Source: a virus (lineage: Duplodnaviria; Heunggongvirae; Uroviricota; Caudoviricetes). Taken from it: a stretch of 21,714 bases of DNA. The notes beneath the pieces are model-generated. The model had not been told where the DNA came from and searched no databases. It saw nothing but the letters and a program-made list of their open reading frames with translations. The stretch is from IMG/VR virus record IMGVR_UViG_3300029643_000012; one strand, 5' to 3'. Positions 9,285-16,679 of the stretch are shown here, in pieces (positions within the stretch are counted from its first letter, which is position 1; the number at the start of each line of letters is the position of its first letter). The position numbers and the translations under genes are program-made.

Positions 9285-9982
9285 ACACTTGCTCCTTTCA
9301 GTCCTAACTTAGCTTTAATTTCTGCGATCTTCGCCAGCGCCTGAACACGATTTAGAGGTCTGCCGCCCATGACAGGAAGTTGTTTTACTGGTTCAGGTAT
9401 CGTCTCACCACGGTTAATTCGCGCTGTCATACAGGTCAGTTCATCGGCAGCCTTGCGTCGTAATTCCGCGTCAGTCAGCGCATTGGCCCGCATGTTCTGG
9501 TACAGGTTGGTAACCAGCCAGTAGTGCGCGTTCGATTTCCACGGATAAGACTCTGCATCCGGATACAGGCCTCGCTTCCGGCAATACTCGTAAACCATAT
9601 CAACCAGCTCGCTGACGTTTGGCAGTCCGGCGATAACGGATGCTTCTTCCCGGCACCATGCAACAAACTGCCCGGGTGATGGCAGAAATGGTCGATTCTG
9701 CCGACGGGCTACGCGCATTCCTGCGTTAACCTGTTCCATTGTGGTGATCCCGTTTTCCCGGAAAGCCAGAACCCACTGGCGGCGGATTTCGTTCAGTTCG
9801 TTCTGGTCACGGTTAGCCAGACTCGCCGGGAAAGTTGCCAGTAACTGGCTGAACACACCGTTGATGATCTGCGCTACCTGCTGTACCTGCGGCTTTTCGT
9901 CGTACTGTTCCGGCATGTTGTTGGCGATCCGACGCATCTGCTCACGGTCAAAATTAACCATCTGTGCGGCGATGTTTTTCAT
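9281..9982 (-). CDS. P: Replication protein P (DnaB helicase loader)
   Basis: 233 aa MKNIAAQMVNFDREQMRRIANNMPEQYDEKPQ... near-identical to lambda P as remembered. Confidence 0.95.
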   Translation of the reverse strand: MKNIAAQMVNFDREQMRRIANNMPEQYDEKPQVQQVAQIINGVFSQLLATFPASLANRDQNELNEIRRQWVLAFRENGITTMEQVNAGMRVARRQNRPFLPSPGQFVAWCREEASVIAGLPNVSELVDMVYEYCRKRGLYPDAESYPWKSNAHYWLVTNLYQNMRANALTDAELRRKAADELTCMTARINRGETIPEPVKQLPVMGGRPLNRVQALAKIAEIKAKLGLKGASV

Positions 9983-10878
9983 AAATCCACCCCGTAAATC
10001 CAGTCAGTGTTTGTCAGGTCGAGTTTTGGTTTGCAGGCTGTCACACCTGCCTGTTGCTTGTTACGGTTGATTTCGAGCTGGGTCCACTTGTCGCGGAGTT
10101 TGGCCGGGCTCAGCACGTTACCGGACCAGAAGTTGTCCTGGCATGCCCAGCGGAACAGTACACACATGTCGCGATGGTTACGTCCGTCACGTTCACGCAT
10201 CAGGCGGATATCGTTAGCCCACCCTGCAAAATTCGGTTTTCTGGCTGATGGCGCGATGGTCTTCACCATGTCAAACATCCATTCTGCGGCGGTCAGGTCT
10301 TCTGCTGTCCCCCACTTGCTGCCGCTCTGAATTGCAGCATCCGGTTTCACCACAGAAAGGTCGTTTTCTGGCTGGTCAGAGGATTCGCCAGAATTCTCTG
10401 ACGAATAATCTTTTCTTTTTTCTTTTGTAATAGTGTCTTTTGTGTCCCCCTGTTTTGAGGGATAGCAATCCCCCAATTTGAGGGATGTTTTATCCCTCGT
10501 TTTAGGGGATTTTCCCTCGTTTTGAGGGATACACCATTCTGAGATGTTTTTATTTGGTCCAAACATGCCGCCTTGCTGCTTGATAATATTCATTCTGACG
10601 AGTTCTAACTTGGCTTCATTGCACCGTTTGACGGGTAACTTTGTAATCTCGCTAAGTTGAGAATCGGTGATTCTGTCCATTGGTTTATTCCATCCATAGG
10701 TTTTACGCAGAATGGCAAGCAGCACTTTAAACTGTCGCTTGGTCAGATCTGCGCCTGAATAAGCCTCAAGCAGCATATTTGATAGTCTGGCGTAACCATC
10801 ATCGAGATCTGCCACATTACGCTCCTGTTTGGCAAAGTTACCTCTGCAGAAGTTGAGTATTTTTGCTGTATTTGTCAT
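9979..10878 (-). CDS. O: Replication initiator O
   Basis: 299 aa MTNTAKILNFCRGNFAKQERNVADLDDGYARLSNMLLEAY... near-identical to lambda O; contains the ori iterons. Confidence 0.95.
   Translation of the reverse strand: MTNTAKILNFCRGNFAKQERNVADLDDGYARLSNMLLEAYSGADLTKRQFKVLLAILRKTYGWNKPMDRITDSQLSEITKLPVKRCNEAKLELVRMNIIKQQGGMFGPNKNISEWCIPQNEGKSPKTRDKTSLKLGDCYPSKQGDTKDTITKEKRKDYSSENSGESSDQPENDLSVVKPDAAIQSGSKWGTAEDLTAAEWMFDMVKTIAPSARKPNFAGWANDIRLMRERDGRNHRDMCVLFRWACQDNFWSGNVLSPAKLRDKWTQLEINRNKQQAGVTACKPKLDLTNTDWIYGVDL
10395..10540. repeat. ori: ori-lambda: four iterons (about 10447..10531) plus adjacent AT-rich region (about 10400..10440) inside the O gene
   Basis: Repeated TTTGAGGGAT / CCCTCAAA-type units (ttttgagggatagcaatcccccaatttgagggatgttttatccctcgttttaggggattttccctcgttttgagggat), next to tcttttcttttttcttttg. 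Confidence 0.85.
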
Positions 10879-10887
10879 AATGACTCC

Positions 10888-10964
10888 TGTGGATTGATCC
10901 AGTAATGACCTCAGAATTCCATCTGGATTTGTTCAGAACGCTCGGTTGCCGCCGGGCGTTTTTT
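10888..10964 (+). ncRNA. oop: OOP antisense RNA (promoter pO TTGAGT-17-CATAAT at 10853..10881; terminator hairpin 10939..10958 plus U-run)
   Basis: Plus-strand CGCTCGGTTGCCGCCGGGCG followed by TTTTTTATT matches the lambda oop terminator as remembered; a sigma70-like promoter lies about 77 nt upstream; the RNA overlaps the cII 3' end in antisense. Confidence 0.65.
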
Positions 10965-11207
10965 ATTGGTGAGTCCATCAAGCGCATACTTAAAAGCCCT
11001 GCTAATCGGACTGATGTCTGATGCCATTCCGAAAGCACACAAGACCGAAGCAATAAATCTCCAGTCCGTTCTGCTTATCTTCGATTCATGACAGCCAATC
11101 ATCTTTGCCAGACCGCGCTGGGTAATAGCTGACAGATTGATAAGTAAATCTGTTTCTGCGCGATCAACGTCACGCTGTGATAGTTTGCTGTAACTTGTTC
11201 TTTCCAT
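10911..11207 (-). CDS. cII: CII transcriptional activator (lambda-type C-terminus, divergent N-terminal region)
   Basis: 98 aa ending ...LTNKKRPAATERSEQIQMEF, identical to the lambda CII C-terminus; the N-terminal two-thirds differ. Confidence 0.8.
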   Translation of the reverse strand: MERTSYSKLSQRDVDRAETDLLINLSAITQRGLAKMIGCHESKISRTDWRFIASVLCAFGMASDISPISRAFKYALDGLTNKKRPAATERSEQIQMEF

Positions 11208-11292
11208 TTCTTAAGATTTCCAATAGTGAATAGTTAGTTGAAAGGTATGCGTGGAAACGCATATGGCCTTAGTTGGTCAGATATCTTGGAAC

Positions 11293-11338
11293 TCGCTTTT
11301 CAGCGACGTAGGACGAATGTCCGTTGTTACAAAGAGCG
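11293..11338 (-). promoter_or_regulatory. nutR: nutR: boxA-like CGCTCTTTG (11330..11338) and boxB hairpin (11293..11306)
   Basis: Minus strand reads CCGCTCTTTGTAACAACGG...CTACGTCGCTGAAAAGCGAG: stem TCGC / GCGA around a TGAAAA loop, downstream of cro. Confidence 0.6.
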
Positions 11339-11348
11339 GATCCGCTTA

Positions 11349-11564
11349 TTAAGCGGCTTTGTGTTCCGGCGGGAACACGTCATCAAGACTGACTTTTGCG
11401 CCTAACTTGTTTAGGCACGCAACAAGAGCACGGCATGTTTTAAGGTCTGGGAAGCGACGACCAGATTCCCAATGTCCGATAGCTCCCTGTGTGCATCCAA
11501 CTGCCTTAGCAAGTGTTGTTTGAGAGATATTCAGTGACTCTCGATATTTTCGTAGGTTGCTCAT
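11349..11564 (-). CDS. cro: Cro-type HTH repressor (71 aa)
   Basis: MSNLRKYRESLNISQTTLAKAVGCTQGAIGHWESGRRFPDL...; HTH_XRE signature QTTLA...QGAIGHWESG; GGAGG ribosome-binding site upstream; divergent from cI. The track ORF 11349..11735 is an artefactual N-terminal extension. Confidence 0.8.
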   Translation of the reverse strand: MSNLRKYRESLNISQTTLAKAVGCTQGAIGHWESGRRFPDLKTCRALVACLNKLGAKVSLDDVFPPEHKAA

Positions 11565-11675
11565 ATGCCCTCCATAGTAAACACGAATAAAAAAATACAA
11601 TATGTACTTTGCGAATACAAGTAAAAATACACATTGTGCATGGATGGTTCCAGTACAGAGCGTAATAATAAGGAC
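11565..11675. promoter_or_regulatory. OR region: divergent pR (towards cro) and pRM (towards cI) with operator-like TACA/TGTA repeats
   Basis: 110 bp AT-rich spacer between divergent cro and cI; minus-strand candidate pR TTGTAT-17-TATTTT shares the spacer core AAAGTACATAT with the pL candidate; several TACAA...TTGTA dyads. Confidence 0.5.
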
Positions 11676-12335
11676 ATGAAAATGAAATGGTATGAACTGG
11701 CTAGATCCAGAATGAAAGAGCTCGGCATAACTCAAGAGAAGTTAGCCGAAGAGCTAGGTATGACGCAGGGTGGGATTGGACACTGGTTGCGCGGATCTCG
11801 TCATCCATCTCTTAGTGATATTGGTGTGGTGTTTAAATACCTTGGTATTGATAACATATCATTCAACCACGACGGGACATTTTCACCTGTTGGCGAATAC
11901 TCATCGGCCCCAGTTAAAAAACAATATGAGTACCCTGTTTTTTCTCATGTTCAGGCTGGGATGTTCTCTCCAGAACTCAGAACCTTTACCAAAGGCGATG
12001 CGGAGAGATTGGTAAGCACAACCAAAAAAGCCAGTGACTCTGCATTCTGGCTTGAGGTTGAAGGTAACTCAATGACCGCACCAACAGGTTCCAAACCCAG
12101 CTTTCCTGACGGGATGTTAATTCTGGTTGACCCTGAGCAAGCTGTTGAGCCCGGCGATTTCTGCATAGCCAGACTTGGTGGTGATGAATTTACCTTCAAG
12201 AAACTGATCAGGGATAGCGGTCAGGTGTTTCTACAGCCACTAAACCCACAATACCCAATGATCCCATGCAATGAGAGTTGTTCCGTTGTGGGGAAAGTTA
12301 TCGCCAGCCAATGGCCTGAAGAGACGTTTGGGTGA
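11676..12335 (+). CDS. cI: CI repressor (S24 LexA-like autopeptidase C-terminal domain; non-lambda N-terminal DNA-binding domain)
   Basis: C-terminus ...[46 protein letters not shown] matches lambda CI; N-terminal HTH ([23 protein letters not shown]) is a different immunity type. Start at 11676 (MKMKW) or 11682 (MKW); the second has better ribosome-binding-site spacing. Confidence 0.85.
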   Translation: MKMKWYELARSRMKELGITQEKLAEELGMTQGGIGHWLRGSRHPSLSDIGVVFKYLGIDNISFNHDGTFSPVGEYSSAPVKKQYEYPVFSHVQAGMFSPELRTFTKGDAERLVSTTKKASDSAFWLEVEGNSMTAPTGSKPSFPDGMLILVDPEQAVEPGDFCIARLGGDEFTFKKLIRDSGQVFLQPLNPQYPMIPCNESCSVVGKVIASQWPEETFG

Positions 12336-12374
12336 TGAAACCACTTTTATCTACAATTTACAGGGCGGTAAACA

Positions 12375-12932
12375 TTGGCAAAAATAGATGATTATCAGCC
12401 AAGCCAAGTAGAAGTTGATAAAGTACTTTATTGTAAAAAAATAGTTAACTTTTCTGGCGTTAAATGGAAACAGAAACCAAGTCGCTCTGATATGTGGCTA
12501 CAAGCCCATATCATCCCCTTGGATGAGGATTGTATACCTATACAAGGGCTAAAGTTTGAACTGAAATGGAAACCAGATCAGGATTCAGAACCTGATGACC
12601 CGATTTCTTACCCTAAAATAAATATTATTGCTTTCTATCATAACAAGAGGGTTTTCGCGGTAGATACCTATCACTTTGACAAACACACGAATAGTTACAA
12701 GGTCGATCATCCGAAGTACCAAGATATCATTTACGGTGCTCACTACCATGTATACTATGAAGAAGCTGGATACTATAGTGATAGAATAGCGTTTCCAATC
12801 GAAGATGACATAAACCCAGATGACCTGGTAGGGTATTGGAATTACTTCTGTAAACATCTGAACATAACTTACTCTGGGAGAATACCTTTACCGCTTGAAG
12901 ATGAGTCGGGGCAAATGGGGTTTGGAATATGA
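12375..12932 (+). CDS. Unrecognised protein, 185 aa; first gene of a two-gene operon in the rexA-rexB position
   Basis: Uninterrupted 185-codon ORF immediately downstream of cI on the same strand; AT-rich; acidic, Tyr/His-rich (YHFDKHTNSYKVDHPKYQDIIYGAHYHVYYEEAGYY); no family recognised. Confidence 0.65.
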   Translation: MAKIDDYQPSQVEVDKVLYCKKIVNFSGVKWKQKPSRSDMWLQAHIIPLDEDCIPIQGLKFELKWKPDQDSEPDDPISYPKINIIAFYHNKRVFAVDTYHFDKHTNSYKVDHPKYQDIIYGAHYHVYYEEAGYYSDRIAFPIEDDINPDDLVGYWNYFCKHLNITYSGRIPLPLEDESGQMGFGI

Positions 12933-13681
12933 TGTGCTCAACAGTGATCTCACAACTAGGTTTCGAATGCCATCCAATAGGCAAGACCTTGAGAATTATC
13001 AGTCCATTCACTTACTGTGATGATGGAGAGCATGTCGGTGCCTTTATCCGTGAAGTCAATGGTAGGTATTTAGTTAGTGACAGATGCGATGCCTTAATGA
13101 ATATGGAGGCAAGAGGGATCTCGCTTACCAAAAAACGACTTGATGAGATACGACAATTACTGCTTAAAGAAGGCGCAGAACTCAATGCTCGAGGAGAAAT
13201 CATTGCTTGGGCAACAGAAAAGGATGTCGGTGCGATTACATCGAACATAATTAGAGCTGGTATACTCGCATCAACTTTGTCGTTAGACTGGTATCAGCCA
13301 GTTCAAGCTGAAAAGTTTGAAAGTATGGTTATTGATTATCTATATCACACAGAGCTTAGAGACGCACTTTCTCTTCGTGAAAACGTATATGGCTTGAGTG
13401 GACATCAAATTACCGTCCCTGTAACAATAAAAACCGACATACCTAAATACGTTTTTACATCAAGCGTGAAACACGGAGGAAGCTGGAATAGTGCTTACTC
13501 ATTGCTTGGGAAACTAATTGATCTTAAAGCTTCAAGTGAGGAGTATAACAACAGATTTGTTGTTATAGACAGCGAAGCAATTGGTGATCAAATGCAACAA
13601 CTCTCCTTACTCTTCCATGAATCAAGCCAAGTTCTACCATTCTCCAAAAGAGAGACTTGGGTTAAGAGACTTGCAGCATAA
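12929..13681 (+). CDS. Unrecognised protein, 250 aa; second gene of the two-gene operon
   Basis: ATG at 12929 overlaps the upstream stop (ATGA); 250-codon ORF followed by a rho-independent terminator; no family recognised. Confidence 0.65.
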   Translation: MMCSTVISQLGFECHPIGKTLRIISPFTYCDDGEHVGAFIREVNGRYLVSDRCDALMNMEARGISLTKKRLDEIRQLLLKEGAELNARGEIIAWATEKDVGAITSNIIRAGILASTLSLDWYQPVQAEKFESMVIDYLYHTELRDALSLRENVYGLSGHQITVPVTIKTDIPKYVFTSSVKHGGSWNSAYSLLGKLIDLKASSEEYNNRFVVIDSEAIGDQMQQLSLLFHESSQVLPFSKRETWVKRLAA

Positions 13682-13685
13682 TACA

Positions 13686-13712
13686 ACCCGGCCTCAGCGC
13701 CGGGTTTTCTTT
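13686..13712 (+). terminator. Rho-independent terminator ending the cI / two-gene operon
   Basis: ACCCGGC-CTCAGC-GCCGGGT followed by TTTCTTT, directly after the stop at 13681. Confidence 0.7.
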
Positions 13713-13899
13713 GCCTCACGTTCGCCCACCTAAAAACACATAACCAATTATATTTATTGAAAAATAAATAGATGCAACCCACTAAACCACGCAATTCTGA
13801 TCTCTCCTTACATCGCCGAGGCAATACATCCACGCTAAAAAACAACACTATTAAATACAAAGCGTTATAAAAAACCACGCCAACTTACAACAAATTGTA

Positions 13900-13928
13900 T
13901 TGATCTTGTAAAGTACATATCGTACTAT
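13900..13928 (+). promoter_or_regulatory. Candidate pL promoter (TTGATC-17-TACTAT) with operator-like dyads
   Basis: Sigma70-like hexamers with 17 bp spacing about 45 bp upstream of nutL boxA; TACAACAAATTGTA dyad immediately upstream. Confidence 0.5.
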
Positions 13929-13974
13929 TTAACCGTCAGCAGGACGCTGGAAGCCAAATGGAACAGACTGGCAG

Positions 13975-14019
13975 GCTCTTTAAACAACGTCGACTCTCGA
14001 CTACGTGGCTGAAAAGCCA
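13975..14019 (+). promoter_or_regulatory. nutL: nutL: boxA GCTCTTTAA (13975..13983) and boxB hairpin (14006..14019)
   Basis: GCTCTTTAAACAACG...CTACGTGGCTGAAAAGCCAG: same architecture as nutR, with a compensatory stem change (GGC/GCC here, CGC/GCG in nutR). Confidence 0.65.
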
Positions 14020-14117
14020 GATCACCCAACCACATAAGCTGTGGGATGCAATGCCGAAGCAACCGTCTCAGGAGGAGCTTCGAGATTGCATCGCCAAAGT
14101 TTATTCGGGAGGAATCC

Positions 14118-14390
14118 ATGTCCAGAAAAACAGAATTTAAAGGCACCGCAGCTTCTCGCCGTAGAGCTCGTCGCGCAAATCTGCAAAGTCAGGAGGCGAT
14201 CAGCTCCGACAAGCTACACAGGCCAACCCCTTCACGAGTGGTCTTGCAATGCAAGCTCAAACCAGCAATGAGAGCAGAAGTGATAACTCTGACAACGTTG
14301 ACCAGAAAATATGAAGGTTCAACTTGTCTTCCGAACGTAGCTCTTTACGCGGCAGGCTACCGGAAATCAAAACAACTGACGGCGAGATGA
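14118..14390 (+). CDS. N: N-type antiterminator (arginine-rich motif near the N-terminus)
   Basis: MSRKTEFKGTAASRRRARRANLQSQ...: arginine-rich RNA-binding motif like the N proteins of P22 and phage 21; GGGAGG ribosome-binding site; directly downstream of nutL. The track ORF from 14046 is an upstream extension. Confidence 0.7.
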   Translation: MSRKTEFKGTAASRRRARRANLQSQEAISSDKLHRPTPSRVVLQCKLKPAMRAEVITLTTLTRKYEGSTCLPNVALYAAGYRKSKQLTAR

Positions 14391-14406
14391 TAAATTCATT
14401 TGCTAA

Positions 14407-14988
14407 TTACTTGTTTTTGCCATGCTTATCCTGAGCGATAAGTTCATCCATAAGGCTGTCTGCCTTCCCGGCAAACCTAATGTAGCACTCATGTCTATAG
14501 CTTTCAGGGATAACGAAACGGTCGGTATCAGGATATCCAACAGCAGGAGGCCTTCGAACGAGGAGTCCTTTTTTGAGCAATGAAATTGATTCATGAGCGC
14601 CCTTTTCCGTTTGTAGCTGGTTATTAGCGGCTACAGCGAATGCCAAATACGCTCTTTCTCCAAGAGTTAACGAATCAAACAAATCTTGCACATATTTTTC
14701 TTCTTTAGATTTGCGCTTCTGAGCAGCGAATACCTCAATTCTTTCAGTCACAGCGTGATAAGCGGAATTAACAACGCCGTTAAGCACATAGCTAACGCAA
14801 AACAACAGGATGTAATACATCCAGTAATGAGGAAGGATTTCTGGATTATGCAGGTTTATCCATTCTTTTACGCTTACCGGCATAACAATAATCAATATGA
14901 TCAGGATGATTAGCATATGAATCAACTGTTTAAGTGTCATTCCTTGCAGGAAAAAATGCATTAGTTCCTGCCACCATGAGTTGTTCAT
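14407..14988 (-). CDS. sieB: Superinfection exclusion protein SieB
   Basis: 193 aa MNNSWWQELMHFFLQGMTLKQLIHMLIILIILIIVMPVSVKEW...; N-terminal membrane segments; matches lambda SieB as remembered; convergent with N as in lambda. Confidence 0.8.
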   Translation of the reverse strand: MNNSWWQELMHFFLQGMTLKQLIHMLIILIILIIVMPVSVKEWINLHNPEILPHYWMYYILLFCVSYVLNGVVNSAYHAVTERIEVFAAQKRKSKEEKYVQDLFDSLTLGERAYLAFAVAANNQLQTEKGAHESISLLKKGLLVRRPPAVGYPDTDRFVIPESYRHECYIRFAGKADSLMDELIAQDKHGKNK

Positions 14989-15131
14989 CGGCGTTTCTCT
15001 TTTGCTCTCTGTAGGGGTGAATAGAGTTTATCCGATTTCTCGTTGTAGGGGTACACGAGAACCACCGAGCCTGATGTGGTTAAAAGACAGGCACAATCTT
15101 TACTACCGCAATCCACTATTTAAGGTGATAT

Positions 15132-15218
15132 ATGGAAGAAGAATTTGAAGAGTTCGAAGAGCATCCTCAAGATGTGATGGAACAATACCAGGACTATCCG
15201 TATGACTACGACTATTGA
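15132..15218 (+). CDS. Small acidic ORF (28 aa, lambda orf28-like) overlapping the ral start
   Basis: MEEEFEEFEEHPQDVMEQYQDYPYDYDY; found by hand, below the track cut-off. Confidence 0.35.
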   Translation: MEEEFEEFEEHPQDVMEQYQDYPYDYDY

Positions 15219-15402
15219 TACAAATCAATGGTGTGGACAATTCAAACGATGCAATGGATGCAAGCTGCAATCGGAATGCATGGTTAAGCCTGAAGAAATG
15301 TTTCCTGTAATGGAAGATGGGAAATATGTCGATAAATGGGCAATACGAACGACGGCAATGATTGCCAGAGAACTTGGTAAACAGAACAACAAAGCTGCCT
15401 GA
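15202..15402 (+). CDS. ral: Restriction alleviation protein Ral
   Basis: 66 aa MTTTIDTNQWCGQFKRCNGCKLQSECMVKPEEMFPVMEDGKYVDKW... matches lambda Ral. Confidence 0.85.
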   Translation: MTTTIDTNQWCGQFKRCNGCKLQSECMVKPEEMFPVMEDGKYVDKWAIRTTAMIARELGKQNNKAA

Positions 15403-15538
15403 TAGTGGCCTTTATTTTTGGCATAAATAACAGAATAAACACTGCACTGTGTATTCATTCCAACGAGTGAATACACGGAGCAATGTCGCTCGTAACTAAA
15501 CAGGAGCCGACTTGTTCTGATTATTGGAAATCTTCTTT

Positions 15539-15565
15539 GCCCTCCAGTGTGAGGGCGATTTTTTA
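15539..15565 (+). terminator. Rho-independent terminator-like hairpin in the pL operon upstream of ea10
   Basis: GCCCTC-CAGTGT-GAGGGC followed by GATTTTTTAT. Confidence 0.5.
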
Positions 15566-15584
15566 TCTATGAGGATATGAATAG

Positions 15585-15953
15585 ATGTCAAACATCAAAA
15601 AATACATCATTGATTACGACTGGAAAGCATCAATAGAAATTGAAATTGACCATGACGTAATGACAGAGGAAAAACTTCACCAGATTAATAATTTCTGGTC
15701 AGACTCTGAATACCGACTCAATAAACACGGCTCTGTATTAAATGCTGTATTAATCATGCTGGCGCAACATGCTCTGCTTATAGCAATTTCAAGCGACTTA
15801 AATGCATATGGTGTTGTGTGTGAGTTCGACTGGAATGATGGAAATGGTCAGGAAGGATGGCCTCCAATGGATGGTAGTGAAGGAATAAGAATTACCGATA
15901 TCGATACATCAGGAATATTTGATTCAGATGATATGACTATCAAGGCCGCCTGA
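15585..15953 (+). CDS. ea10: Ea10-like early protein
   Basis: 122 aa MSNIKKYIIDYDWKASIEIEIDHDVMTEEKLHQINNFWSDSEYRLNKHG...; position and sequence match lambda ea10 as remembered. Confidence 0.7.
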   Translation: MSNIKKYIIDYDWKASIEIEIDHDVMTEEKLHQINNFWSDSEYRLNKHGSVLNAVLIMLAQHALLIAISSDLNAYGVVCEFDWNDGNGQEGWPPMDGSEGIRITDIDTSGIFDSDDMTIKAA

Positions 15954-16025
15954 GCGCGGCGTTACCGCATACCAATTACGCTTCACTCGAGGCGTTTTTC
16001 GTTATGTATAAATAAGGAGCACACC

Positions 16026-16190
16026 ATGCAATATGCCATTGCAGGGTGGCCTGTTGCTGGCTGCCCTTCCGAATCTTTACTTGAACGAATCACCCGTAAA
16101 TTACGTGACGGATGGAAACGCCTTATCGACATACTTAATCAGCCAGGAGTCCCAAAAAATGGATCAAACAATTATGGCTATCCAGACTAA
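16026..16190 (+). CDS. cIII: CIII (FtsH inhibitor that stabilises CII)
   Basis: Hand translation from the ATG at 16026: [54 protein letters not shown], matching lambda CIII. Not in the ORF track (under 60 aa). Confidence 0.85.
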   Translation: MQYAIAGWPVAGCPSESLLERITRKLRDGWKRLIDILNQPGVPKNGSNNYGYPD

Positions 16191-16302
16191 ATTCACTATC
16201 GCCACTTTTATTGGCGATGAAAAGATGTTTCGTGAGGCCGTCGACGCTTATAAAAAATGGATATTAATACTGAAACTGAGATCAAGCAAAAGCATTCACT
16301 AA
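16159..16302 (+). CDS. kil: Kil (FtsZ-targeting host-killing protein)
   Basis: 47 aa [47 protein letters not shown], matching lambda Kil; this is the C-terminal part of track ORF 16033..16302. Confidence 0.8.
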   Translation: MDQTIMAIQTKFTIATFIGDEKMFREAVDAYKKWILILKLRSSKSIH

Positions 16303-16377
16303 CCCCCTTTCCTGTTTTCCTAATCAGCCTGGCATTTCGCGGGCGATATTTTCACAGCCATTTTCAGGAGTTCAGCC

Positions 16378-16674
16378 ATGAACGCTTATTACATTCAGGA
16401 TCGTCTTGAGGCTCAGAGCTGGGCGCGTCACTACCAGCAGATCGCCCGTGAAGAGAAAGAGGCAGAACTGGCAGACGACATGGAAAAAGGCCTGCCCCAG
16501 CACCTGTTTGAATCGCTATGCATCGATCATTTACAACGCCACGGGGCCAGCAAAAAAGCCATTACCCGTGCGTTTGATGACGATGTTGAGTTTCAGGAGC
16601 GCATAGCAGAACACATCCGGTACATAGTTGAAACCATTGCTCACCATCAGGCTGATATTGATTCAGAGGTATAA
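16378..16674 (+). CDS. gam: Gam (RecBCD inhibitor), short GamS form
   Basis: 98 aa [60 protein letters not shown]... matches lambda Gam. Confidence 0.9.
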   Translation: MNAYYIQDRLEAQSWARHYQQIAREEKEAELADDMEKGLPQHLFESLCIDHLQRHGASKKAITRAFDDDVEFQERIAEHIRYIVETIAHHQADIDSEV

Positions 16675-16679
16675 AACGG

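Noticed and set aside
9475-10430. Several 60-109 aa ORFs on both strands (for example 9741..10070, 10007..10330, 10347..10562)
   Set aside because: All lie within or antisense to the P and O genes; the one at 10347..10562 spans the ori iterons and AT-rich region.
10447-10531. Short direct repeats that could be mistaken for a CRISPR array
   Set aside because: Four iterons of ori-lambda inside the O gene; no spacer architecture and no cas genes.
11150-11290. Possible pRE promoter with CII-box-like TTGCTGTAACTTGT near the cII start
   Set aside because: Only one imperfect TTGC-N6-TTGT repeat and no convincing -10 element; too weak to annotate without comparative data.
11349-11735. 128 aa minus-strand ORF as a long Cro
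   Set aside because: The N-terminal 57 codons run across the operator region into the cI start; the internal ATG at 11564 with a GGAGG ribosome-binding site gives a normal 71 aa Cro.
13958-14140. 60 aa plus-strand ORF upstream of N
   Set aside because: Overlaps the nutL boxA/boxB leader; N more plausibly starts at 14118 with a strong ribosome-binding site and the arginine-rich motif near its N-terminus.
14686-14913. 75 aa plus-strand ORF
   Set aside because: Antisense within sieB; AT-rich low-complexity translation.
16033-16302. 89 aa ORF treated as one gene
   Set aside because: Its C-terminal 47 codons are kil; the upstream part is out-of-frame overlap with cIII (16026..16190), which is the real gene there.
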